Source of the DNA: Asticcacaulis sp.
GTDB lineage: Bacteria; Pseudomonadota; Alphaproteobacteria; Caulobacterales; Caulobacteraceae
Direction: 5' to 3'
NCBI GenBank assembly: GCA_035565015.1
Contig: DATMTF010000061.1
Location: forward strand, 1 to 36,288
Length of the DNA: 36,288 nt
Part shown: in pieces, positions 28,001-35,221 of the stretch
Numbering within the stretch: position 1 is the stretch's first letter
How the letters are laid out: each line of letters begins with the position of its first letter
Notes under the pieces: model-generated
What the model was told of the DNA's origin: nothing
The model's input: the letters and a program-made list of their open reading frames with translations, nothing else
The model's database searches: none
Made by a program: the position numbers and the translations under genes

Positions 28001-28157
28001 CGCCGCCTATTCGCGCGATCACGACCGCTTCATGGGCGCGTCGTGCTTCACCGTTCGCAAGGACAGGGCGAAGCTCGTGTTCCATCGCATGCCCGACATG
28101 GTCGCCCCGCTGCAAACCCGCTTCCTGATCAACACGCTGAACTGGTTGACGACATGA
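25020..28157 (+). CDS. Divergent GH2-like glycoside hydrolase (1045 aa), Tat signal
   Basis: Sugar-binding domain GVSWWWR..AEVYLN, LWDLDSPDLY..FGFRW, RSHPSLVHYTLQNE (acid/base), DLDPSRTI and likely nucleophile in FGEMEG; signal DRRRLFG. Confidence 0.8.
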   Translation: MTLDRRRLFGLAVAAPVALSAVRTFAQTPDDSLVAGHLGQPVVIPDEGWRLWLDPKAVWRDDVVYLPDDVPPMGQLPLHPPTGGWDALTMSASREVTLPATVEQFDWGRFGERPYTPDEYRYAADDPLPQNGAYVGVSWWWRDIVIPAEAKNKQVWLHIRGARLRAEVYLNEKLVGYSIMSELPIACDLTQAMQPGGGNRLAIRITNPGGRFDWKDSNSLTWGHVKFYESHGFGGLDRGLTLSLHPKAGRIRDAWVLNTPQPRSVTAHLELELAKPASVAALKTQLGAALYDDRGQPVAADVVLEDVALDGAVATARFRLSAPSAKLWDLDSPDLYRVRLSWRDGAAQDSAEARFGFRWYSPEGIGQNAMLRLNGRRIKAYSAISWGYWGYNGLWPTPELARREVTAAKALGLNALSFHRNVGKREVLNRQDEMGLLRSMEPGAGRQAIGRDLKPGQSLSEADRFSRDFMLAKCRAMARAFRSHPSLVHYTLQNEVSANLANPDVEAVLRAMRDLDPSRTIILNDGFVGRGAAQAMFLPYDDHLYRSDVETAGGWWVNHQGAGDQWYDKFYVGKDDFVHRQVMSEAIVEFGEMEGCAVCDDHVRMVADILQHGGQSYDLEDHKDIIKGAGAFLDQWGFRTAFPTTESYFLAVGQKQYDSWQNYLENIRICDSVDMAAISGWESTAIENHSGIVDNLRYFHSEPERISVSLKPVRPVAKQRHMTYAEGEAAELDLWLLNDTEQPVTGGLTLSVIDPSGKTTPVGRYDVPAQTPDVFSYLVAEKVMTPPLTGEGAHTVTFALDGHPDATFRRQLWVVRTDVKPKRSLRVGLSGVARSFREQLTALPGVTFEDFTAGGAYDAVIASGLKADEIERRQIGDQTGNEGAPKKGEAPKLVMGELPGDVLAAVQNGLPLFVMAPEDGLADGIATQLAQAGLLAYDGQVGDLRAPWMGNWNVLRAHPVFAGIPADCCAGLWHQVDGHASNGLKASGEGIEIIAAYSRDHDRFMGASCFTVRKDRAKLVFHRMPDMVAPLQTRFLINTLNWLTT

Positions 28158-29950
28158 AAAGGCTGCTCCCTTGCGCCGCTATTATGACGGCATTGCTCGC
28201 CCCCGGCGCGGGGCGGGCCCAAATTCAGACGCAGGCGCCGTCTGATGCGACCCCGACCACCGTGGTGGTGCAGGGGCAGAAGGGGACTCGCCGTCCGGCG
28301 GTCTGGTTTCGCGCGGAGAGCCGGCACTTCATCGTCTACAGCGATACGCGCCGCGAGGACGTGACACGGCTTTTGAACGCGCTGGAGAAGTTCCGCTACG
28401 TGCTGCGCAGCTATCTGCGCGAGGACACGATCCAGGACGACGCCGAGCCGAAGACCGAGATTACCTATCTGGCGCATGCACAGGATCTGGCGCTGATCCG
28501 ACCGGATGGACCGGACTATGCGATCGGCCTCTACTCGGCCTGCGCGGACGCCGATATCGGGGTCGGCGTGTACATGTACGCCGATCAGTCCAGAAGCCTG
28601 CCGCTGGAGAAGCAGCCCGACAATGAAGGTCTCGGCTATATGCTCGAAGCCTATGCGCGTCATTATAGCTATCAGCACAGCGATCTGCGCCAGCCGACCT
28701 GGTTCATCGATGGCTTCGCGCACTATTTTTCGACCGTGCGCTTTGACGGGAATGAAGCCATTGTCGGCATGGCGCCGGCGGCGTTTGCGCGCTATTTCAA
28801 CCTGATCGGCAATGTGACCACCTACAGCCTCGATTATCGCGACGTGCTGCAACAGAAGGAGGATAACGGCCGCAACGCTGCGGGGCCTTCCGGGGTGCGC
28901 AACGAATATCAGGCGCGCGCCTGGCTTCTGACCCATTATATCCTGTCGTCGCCGGACAACCGGCGCAGGTTCGCGGCCTATCTGTCCGAAACCGCCGCCG
29001 GGCAGTCGCCGGTGGCCGCGTGGAAGGCCGCCTTCGGCATGACGCCGGGCCAGCTCGACAACGCGCTCTGGCGATACCGCCTGCATGATCTTCAGGCCCT
29101 GAAGCTGGTCTTCAAGGCTCTGCCCGACGCCGATATCAGCTTTCAGTCGCTGCCCGCCTCGGCCCAGTCGGTCGAGCTGTGGCGCACGGCGCTGCGCACA
29201 TGCCCGTCCGTCGCCTATGGCCGTGTGCTGCTGACGCGGCTGCGCGCCGAGGCGCCCAGATTCCCCGACAGCGATCTGGCGCAACTCAGCCTGGCCCGCG
29301 CCGAAATCGCATGGGGCGACCCGAACGCGGCGTTGCCGTATCTGACCAAGGTCACAAAGGGCGCATCGACCGACGCCGAGGCCTTCACGCTTCTGGGCCG
29401 CGCCCATATCGCGCTGGCCATGTCATCGAGCGGCTCGGCGCGCAGGACGCAGCTTGACCAGGCCCTTTCAGCGCTTGGCCGCGCTTCGGTATTCGATCCA
29501 GGCTCGCCCGAAACCGGCTGGTGGTTCTACCGCGCCGTCGCCCTGGGCGGTCGGATGAGCGAGGACGGCGCGGCGGCGATCCTGACGGCATGGAAGACCG
29601 CGCCGGATGTCGATCTCTATGCACTGCACGCCGGTCTGGCGCTCGCCTGGCTTGGACGTAAGGATGAGGCGCTGGAGGCGCTGCGCACAGTGGCGGACAA
29701 TCCGCGCGATCCTGCGCTGGCGGCGACGGCCCAGGTCTGGATCGACCGGCTAGGCGCAGGCATGGACAAGGACGCGCTGGTTGACGCCATGGGGATGCAG
29801 GCGTCCGACCCTGACCAGATGCAGTGGACGTTGGCCAGCGCCGATATTGTCGCCGCCGTCAAGGCCGCCGCCGACGCGCAGGACGCCAATGACGCCATGA
29901 GCACGGCCGACCCGCAAAGCGATCAGGACAGCCAGTTGCCGGGCAACTGA
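28154..29950 (+). CDS. Secreted protein: TonB-box-like segment, degenerate zincin (DUF1570/peptidase MA-like) domain and TPR-like helices
   Basis: ATGA overlap with the GH2 stop; signal peptide; TTVVVQG; WFRAESRHFIVYSD; PTWFIDGFAHYFST; YQARAWLLTHY; Ala/Leu-rich helical repeats. Confidence 0.72.
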   Translation: MKRLLPCAAIMTALLAPGAGRAQIQTQAPSDATPTTVVVQGQKGTRRPAVWFRAESRHFIVYSDTRREDVTRLLNALEKFRYVLRSYLREDTIQDDAEPKTEITYLAHAQDLALIRPDGPDYAIGLYSACADADIGVGVYMYADQSRSLPLEKQPDNEGLGYMLEAYARHYSYQHSDLRQPTWFIDGFAHYFSTVRFDGNEAIVGMAPAAFARYFNLIGNVTTYSLDYRDVLQQKEDNGRNAAGPSGVRNEYQARAWLLTHYILSSPDNRRRFAAYLSETAAGQSPVAAWKAAFGMTPGQLDNALWRYRLHDLQALKLVFKALPDADISFQSLPASAQSVELWRTALRTCPSVAYGRVLLTRLRAEAPRFPDSDLAQLSLARAEIAWGDPNAALPYLTKVTKGASTDAEAFTLLGRAHIALAMSSSGSARRTQLDQALSALGRASVFDPGSPETGWWFYRAVALGGRMSEDGAAAILTAWKTAPDVDLYALHAGLALAWLGRKDEALEALRTVADNPRDPALAATAQVWIDRLGAGMDKDALVDAMGMQASDPDQMQWTLASADIVAAVKAAADAQDANDAMSTADPQSDQDSQLPGN

Positions 29951-29969
29951 CACAACGAAAGGACGACCC

Positions 29970-31736
29970 ATGCTCAACCGGACATGCCCGCGGCGCAGGC
30001 GTCGCCGCCTTGCCGCTCCTCTCGCTCTGGCCGCCGTCTGCGCGGTTCCGGCTCTGGCCTGGTCTTCTCTGGCCGCGCCGCCGCCGGGCGTCTGGACGCC
30101 CGATCAGAGGAACGGAAGCTATCTGAACCCGGTTCTGCAGGGCGACTATTCCGATCCGGACGCGATCCGGGTCGGCAAGGATTTTTACCTGACCTCATCG
30201 TCCTTCGCCAATGTACCCGGCCTGCCGGTCCTGCATTCCAAGGATCTGGTCAACTGGGAGATTATCGGCCACGCCCTGCCGCGCCTTGCGCCCGTCGATC
30301 ACTACCGCGCGCCAAGGCGCGGCGGCGGGGTCTGGGCGCCCGCCATCCGTTATCACGCCGGGCGCTTCTACATCTATTACCCCGATCCCGACTTCGGCAT
30401 CTATATGGTCAGCGCCCACAATCCCGCCGGGCCATGGAGCGCGCCGGTTCTGGTCGATGACGCGAAAGGGGCGATCGACCCGTGTCCGTTCTGGGATGAG
30501 GACGGCAAGGCCTGGCTGATCCACGCCTTTGCCAAATCGCGGGCGGGGAAGAACAATATGCTGGTCTTAAAGCCCATGAGCGCCGACGGGACGCATACGC
30601 TGGGCGAAGGCCGCGTCGTGATCGACGGCGCGATGTTGCCGCCGGTTGCGACCTCGCTCGGCATGGCCGACTGGTCGGTGATCGAAGGGCCGAAACTCTA
30701 CAAGCGCGAAGGCTGGTACTATATTTTCGCGCCCGCCGACGGGGTGAAGAATGGCTGGCAAGCCGTGTTCCGTTCGCGGCGCATCGATGGCCCCTATGTG
30801 GCGCGCGACGTGATGGATCAGGGGCCGCCGGACGATCTTGGCCCCGCCAACGGGCCGCATCAGGGCGCTCTGGTCGACGCGCCGGACGGCGGGAGCTGGT
30901 TCCTGCATTTTCAGGATACGGACAGCTATGGCCGCCGCGTCTGGCTGGAGCCGGTGGCGTGGAAGGACGGCTGGCCGGTGATCGGGCGCGAGGGCGCTAA
31001 CGGTATAGGCAGGCCTGTCGCAGGCGGCAAGAAACCGGTTGCGGGCCAGCCTGCGGCTGTTCCGGTCGCGGGGGACGATTTCGCGCGCGGACTGAATCTT
31101 GGCTGGCAGTGGAACGCCAATCCGGGCGAGGACTGGGCCGATGCGACCACGCCGGGCGAGCTGCGTCTGAAAGCCGTTCCGTCCTCGGCCAATCTGTGGG
31201 AGGCGGGCAATGTGCTGGCGCAGAAATTGCCCGCCATGGCGTTCAGCGTGACGACGAAGATAAGCCTTGCGCCGCGCAATGTCGGCGAGCGCGCGGGCCT
31301 TGTGCTGATGGGGCGCGCCTATGGCTTTATCGGGCTGGTCAATACCAGGGACGGCGTGCGCGTCGAGCAGGTCGTGCGCGACAGCGCCAAAAACGGCGAT
31401 CCGGAAACGCAGGTTCTGGCCGACGCGCCGGTGACCGGACCGGTGTGGCTGAAGATGACGCTCGAACCCTATGCGCATCCGACCGGCCCGTCGCAGTACA
31501 GGCCGCAATGGCCCGCCATGGAAAGCCTGACGGACGCGAAGGTCCGGTTCAGCTACAGCCGCGACGGCGTGACCTATGCGCCCCTGGGCGACGGCCTTAT
31601 CAGCCAGCCCGGCGAATGGGTCGGCGCGCAGTTCGGCCTGTTCGCCCAGGCGCCGATGGGAACGCCGGGCGCTGCGGCGGTGCGCAATGGCGTGGCGAGC
31701 TTTGGCCCGGTGCGGATCGGCCCGGCGGGCTTGTGA
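29970..31736 (+). CDS. Glycoside hydrolase family 43 with C-terminal beta-sandwich
   Basis: NPVLQGDYSDPD, VWAPAIRYH, IDPCPFWD, IEGPKLYK and PHQGA motifs; Arg-rich N-terminal signal. Confidence 0.93.
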   Translation: MLNRTCPRRRRRRLAAPLALAAVCAVPALAWSSLAAPPPGVWTPDQRNGSYLNPVLQGDYSDPDAIRVGKDFYLTSSSFANVPGLPVLHSKDLVNWEIIGHALPRLAPVDHYRAPRRGGGVWAPAIRYHAGRFYIYYPDPDFGIYMVSAHNPAGPWSAPVLVDDAKGAIDPCPFWDEDGKAWLIHAFAKSRAGKNNMLVLKPMSADGTHTLGEGRVVIDGAMLPPVATSLGMADWSVIEGPKLYKREGWYYIFAPADGVKNGWQAVFRSRRIDGPYVARDVMDQGPPDDLGPANGPHQGALVDAPDGGSWFLHFQDTDSYGRRVWLEPVAWKDGWPVIGREGANGIGRPVAGGKKPVAGQPAAVPVAGDDFARGLNLGWQWNANPGEDWADATTPGELRLKAVPSSANLWEAGNVLAQKLPAMAFSVTTKISLAPRNVGERAGLVLMGRAYGFIGLVNTRDGVRVEQVVRDSAKNGDPETQVLADAPVTGPVWLKMTLEPYAHPTGPSQYRPQWPAMESLTDAKVRFSYSRDGVTYAPLGDGLISQPGEWVGAQFGLFAQAPMGTPGAAAVRNGVASFGPVRIGPAGL

Positions 31737-31742
31737 CGCTCA

Positions 31743-32090
31743 AACATCGTCGCCAGGCCGGTCCGTTTTCTTTGCGACCTGAAATAAAAGCGTCTTGGAA
31801 TTGGCGGGCTTCCTGCGATAACTGACCGCCTATGGTGGTGAAGACTTTTCTTTTTGGTCACGCTTATATCGACCTGACCCTGGCCGGATTTAGAGCGCTT
31901 TTCGATCTGATTCCATCAGATCGGCGCTGCTCATGTCTTTGCTTTGTCGATCTTCCTTATCCAAAAAGTGGAGCCACTTTTGGGGAAACGCTCTCATGCG
32001 GGGCAGGGGCTGCGGCCTATGGCGGCATGCCGTCTTACGTCGAAACGCGTGAATATGTCAGACAAAACCTTGCCAATCTGGCGATCATCA
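31743..32090 (+). pseudogene. virB1: Remnant of a VirB1-like lytic transglycosylase (C-terminal half)
   Basis: DLTLAGF before the repeat and (N)AGQG..YGGMPSYVETREYV after it reconstruct the SLT motif LALAAYNAGxG..YGGxPPYxETxxYV. A weaker NIVA..VRFLCDLK* match starts at 31743. It lies directly upstream of virB2. Confidence 0.7.
31893..31993. mobile_element. 101-bp MITE-like palindromic repeat (CIR/BRU-RS-like)
   Basis: Ends GAGCG.../...CGCTC flanked by TA and TC. Inner hairpins CGATCTGAT-TCC-ATCAGATCG (with a GANTC site at 31909-31913) and CCAAAAAGTGG-AG-CCACTTTTTGG. Confidence 0.72.
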
Positions 32091-32195
32091 GAGAAAATAC
32101 TGTCAACAAGGCTGGCCAAGCGCCCATAAATGCCGATAACTCTATTCAGTCATGTCAGACGGATACATATGTCCGCTGACGGGGAGACGAAACTT

Positions 32196-32501
32196 ATGAA
32201 ACGCATTCAGCACAGCCTGACCGCTGCGGCGGCGGGCCTGATGAGTCTGGCGGCCTCCGCGCAGGCGCAAACGGTCGATCCGGCGGGATCGTCGCCGATC
32301 TCCAACGCGCTCGACTGGATTCAGGGCACATTGATGGGCCGCGTGGCGACCACGGTGGCGGTGATCGCGGTCGCGGCGGTCGGCTTTATGATGCTGACGG
32401 GCCGGATGAACTGGAAGTTCGGCGCCACGGTGATTGTGGGCTGCTTCGTGCTGTTCGGCGCCGCCACCATCGTCGCCGGCATCCAGTCGGTCGCGCACTA
32501 G
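32196..32501 (+). CDS. virB2: Type IV secretion pilin (TrbC/VirB2)
   Basis: Signal ending AQA, ALDWIQGTLMG, two hydrophobic segments around LTGRMNW and FGAATIV; GGGGAG RBS. Confidence 0.9.
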   Translation: MKRIQHSLTAAAAGLMSLAASAQAQTVDPAGSSPISNALDWIQGTLMGRVATTVAVIAVAAVGFMMLTGRMNWKFGATVIVGCFVLFGAATIVAGIQSVAH

Positions 32502-32510
32502 GCGCGCGCC

Positions 32511-32795
32511 ATGGCCGAGCTGATCCGTTCACCGGTGTTCAAGGCGCTGACCCAGCCGCAGATGTTCGCGGGCGTGACCTATTCCTACTTCATCATCAAT
32601 GCGGTGGTGACGACGGAGGCCTTTCTGATCACGCGCTCCTTCTGGGCGTTCGCGGTCGCGGGCGTCGTCCACGCCATCGGCTATCTGGCCTGCCTGCGCG
32701 AGCCGCGCGTCTTCGACCTGTGGCTGACCAGGGTCTCGCGCTGTCCGCGCGTGCGCAATCACCGCTTCTGGCGCTGCAATTCCTATATTCCGTAA
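32511..32795 (+). CDS. virB3: Type IV secretion protein VirB3
   Basis: PVFKALTQPQMFAGV, two TM segments, EPRVFDLW and terminal NSYIP. Confidence 0.92.
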   Translation: MAELIRSPVFKALTQPQMFAGVTYSYFIINAVVTTEAFLITRSFWAFAVAGVVHAIGYLACLREPRVFDLWLTRVSRCPRVRNHRFWRCNSYIP

Positions 32796-32803
32796 AGTTC
32801 TCC

Positions 32804-35221
32804 ATGTCCCACTCTCCCGCCAGCCCCGGATTTGCGCGCCTGTTCGGCAAGGAGCAGCGCGCGGGCGATCGCCTGCCTTACGACCGGCTGCTGGACGAGC
32901 GCACCCTGGTTCTGCGCGACGGATCGCTGATGCAGACGATCCATCTGGAAGGGTTCGCTTTCGAGACGGCTGATACTGACGAGGTCAATCATCGCCAGAT
33001 CGTGCGCGCCGCCGCGCTCAGGGCCATCGGCTCGTCGCGTTTCGTCCTCTATCATCATATTGTCCGCCGCCGCGTGTCGGTCGGGCTGGAGGCCGCCTTC
33101 GACGATCCGGTCTGCGAGCTGATCCAGCAAAAGTGGCGGGATCGCCTGTCCTCGCGGCAAGTGTTCGTCAACGACCTGTTCATCACCGTCGTGCGCCGCA
33201 ACCCGAAGGGCAAGGTCGGCTTCGCCGAAAGCCTGGCGGGCCTGATGGGACGCGGAGTCGGCGCGACGGCGCAGGCCGCGCAACAGGCGCGCGACCACAA
33301 GGAGCTGCAAGGCGCGTCCGAAGCGCTGCTGGCCGCGTTGCAGGCCTATGGCCCGCGCCTTCTGGGCGGCTATGAGACCGCCAATGGCCGCTGCAACGAG
33401 CTGCTGGAGCTTCTGTCCTGCCTGTTCAACGGCGAGATGCGCCCGGTCCTGCGCCCGACCTCGGACATCGGCCATTACCTGCCCTATCGCCGCGTCAGTT
33501 TCGGCCTTGAGGCGCTGGAGCAGGCCAGCCTCGGCGCGGGCAAGGATTTTTCCGCCATCCTGTCGCTCAAGGATTATCCGCCGCACGCCACGCCCGGCAT
33601 GTGCGACGCGCTGCTGCGCCTGCCGTTCGAGATGAGCCTGACCGAAAGCTTCGCCTTCGTCGACCGTCAGATCGGGCTGGAGCGCGTCAACCTGGCCCTG
33701 CGCCGCATGCGCGCGGCGGATGAGGAGGCCCTGTCGCTGCGTCAGGGTCTGATGAACGCCAAGGACGATCTGGCCGCCGGGGCCATGGGGCTGGGCGAAC
33801 ACCATATGAGCGTGCTGGTGCGCGCCGGATCGCTGGAGGCGCTCGACCCGGCGGTGGCGCAGGCCCTGGCGGCGCTGGCCGATCTCGGCGCCGTGGCGGT
33901 GCGCGAAGACGTCAATCTGGAGCCCGCCTTCTGGGCGCAGTTTCCCGGCAATGAAGCCTATATTGCGCGCAAGGCGCTGATCTCGACCTCGGCCTACGCC
34001 TCCTTCGCCAGCCTGCACGGCTTTCCGATCGGCCAGCCGGAGGGCAATCACTGGGGGCAGGCGGTGACGGTGTTCGAGACCTCGTCCGGCACGCCCTATT
34101 ATTTCAACTTCCACAAGGCCGATCTTGGCAATTTCACCGTCATTGGCCCGTCCGGCTCCGGCAAGACGGTCCTGCTCAACTTTCTGGCGGCGCAAGCGCA
34201 GAAGTTCCAGCCGCGCACCGTCCTGTTCGACAAGGACCGCGGCGCCGAAATCTTCATCCGCGCCATCGGCGGCCACTACGCAACCTTACGTCCCGGCGAG
34301 CCGTCGGGCTTCAATCCCTTGCGCATGGACGATACGCCGGGCAATCGCGCCTTCCTGCGCGCCCTGATCGGGCGACTGGCGACGCGCGCCGATCTGCCGC
34401 TCAGCTCGGAAGAAGAGGCGATCATTTCCGAGGCGGTCGACGCCAATTTCGAGCAGGAGCCGAAATATCGTCGTCTGCGTTATTTGCGCGAACTCTTGAG
34501 CGGGGCGCGCCGCCCGACGCACGGCGATCTGGCCGCGCGGCTGGCGCCGTGGGTCGGCGAGGGGGAAAACGCCTGGCTGTTCGACAACGAAGACGACGCG
34601 CTCGACATGGACCGGCGCACGCTCGGCTTCGACATGACCCTGCTGCTCAATGATCCAATCTTGCGCACCCCCTGCATGATGTATCTGTTCCAGCGCGTCG
34701 AGGAGCGGCTTGACGGAACGCCGACGATTCTGATCATCGACGAGGGCTGGAAGGCGCTCGACGACGACGCCTTCGCCGCGGCCATCCGCAACTGGATGAA
34801 GACCCTGCGCAAGCGCAACGCTATTCTGGGCTTCGGCACCCAGTCGGCGCGCGACGCGCTCGATTCGCGCATAGCGAGCGCGATCATCGAGCAGACCGCG
34901 ACTCAGGTGTTCACGCCCAATCCGCGCGCCCAGGCCGAGGACTATTGCGACGGCTTCGGCCTGACCGAACACGAGCTGGACCTGATCCGGGCGATTCCCG
35001 CCGCCTCGCGCGCCTTTCTGGTCAAGCACGGCAATCACTCGGTGGTGGCGCGGCTCGACCTGTCCAGCATGCCGGAGATCCTGACCGTATTGTCGGGCCG
35101 CGAACAGAGCGTGCGGCGGCTGGATGAGCTGCGCGCAAGACTGGGCGACGATCCGGCCCTGTGGTGGACCGACCTGACCGGCGCCGCCTGGCCCGGACCA
35201 GCGCCGGAGGCCGTCGCCTGA
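32804..35221 (+). CDS. virB4: Type IV secretion ATPase VirB4 (805 aa)
   Basis: LPYDRLLD, FWAQFPGN, Walker A GPSGSGKT, FDKDRG, Walker B IIDEGW and KTLRKRN..FGTQS. Confidence 0.96.
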   Translation: MSHSPASPGFARLFGKEQRAGDRLPYDRLLDERTLVLRDGSLMQTIHLEGFAFETADTDEVNHRQIVRAAALRAIGSSRFVLYHHIVRRRVSVGLEAAFDDPVCELIQQKWRDRLSSRQVFVNDLFITVVRRNPKGKVGFAESLAGLMGRGVGATAQAAQQARDHKELQGASEALLAALQAYGPRLLGGYETANGRCNELLELLSCLFNGEMRPVLRPTSDIGHYLPYRRVSFGLEALEQASLGAGKDFSAILSLKDYPPHATPGMCDALLRLPFEMSLTESFAFVDRQIGLERVNLALRRMRAADEEALSLRQGLMNAKDDLAAGAMGLGEHHMSVLVRAGSLEALDPAVAQALAALADLGAVAVREDVNLEPAFWAQFPGNEAYIARKALISTSAYASFASLHGFPIGQPEGNHWGQAVTVFETSSGTPYYFNFHKADLGNFTVIGPSGSGKTVLLNFLAAQAQKFQPRTVLFDKDRGAEIFIRAIGGHYATLRPGEPSGFNPLRMDDTPGNRAFLRALIGRLATRADLPLSSEEEAIISEAVDANFEQEPKYRRLRYLRELLSGARRPTHGDLAARLAPWVGEGENAWLFDNEDDALDMDRRTLGFDMTLLLNDPILRTPCMMYLFQRVEERLDGTPTILIIDEGWKALDDDAFAAAIRNWMKTLRKRNAILGFGTQSARDALDSRIASAIIEQTATQVFTPNPRAQAEDYCDGFGLTEHELDLIRAIPAASRAFLVKHGNHSVVARLDLSSMPEILTVLSGREQSVRRLDELRARLGDDPALWWTDLTGAAWPGPAPEAVA

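Noticed and set aside
31832-32179. 115-aa ORF as a functional gene
   Set aside because: It is a chimera of virB1 remnant and repeat sequence, open only because the insertion and a small frameshift compensate; it lacks the catalytic N-terminal half.
32720-32803. Programmed frameshift fusing VirB3 to VirB4
   Set aside because: The virB4 frame is open over the virB3 end, but no slippery sequence is visible and virB3 has a normal NSY-type terminus.
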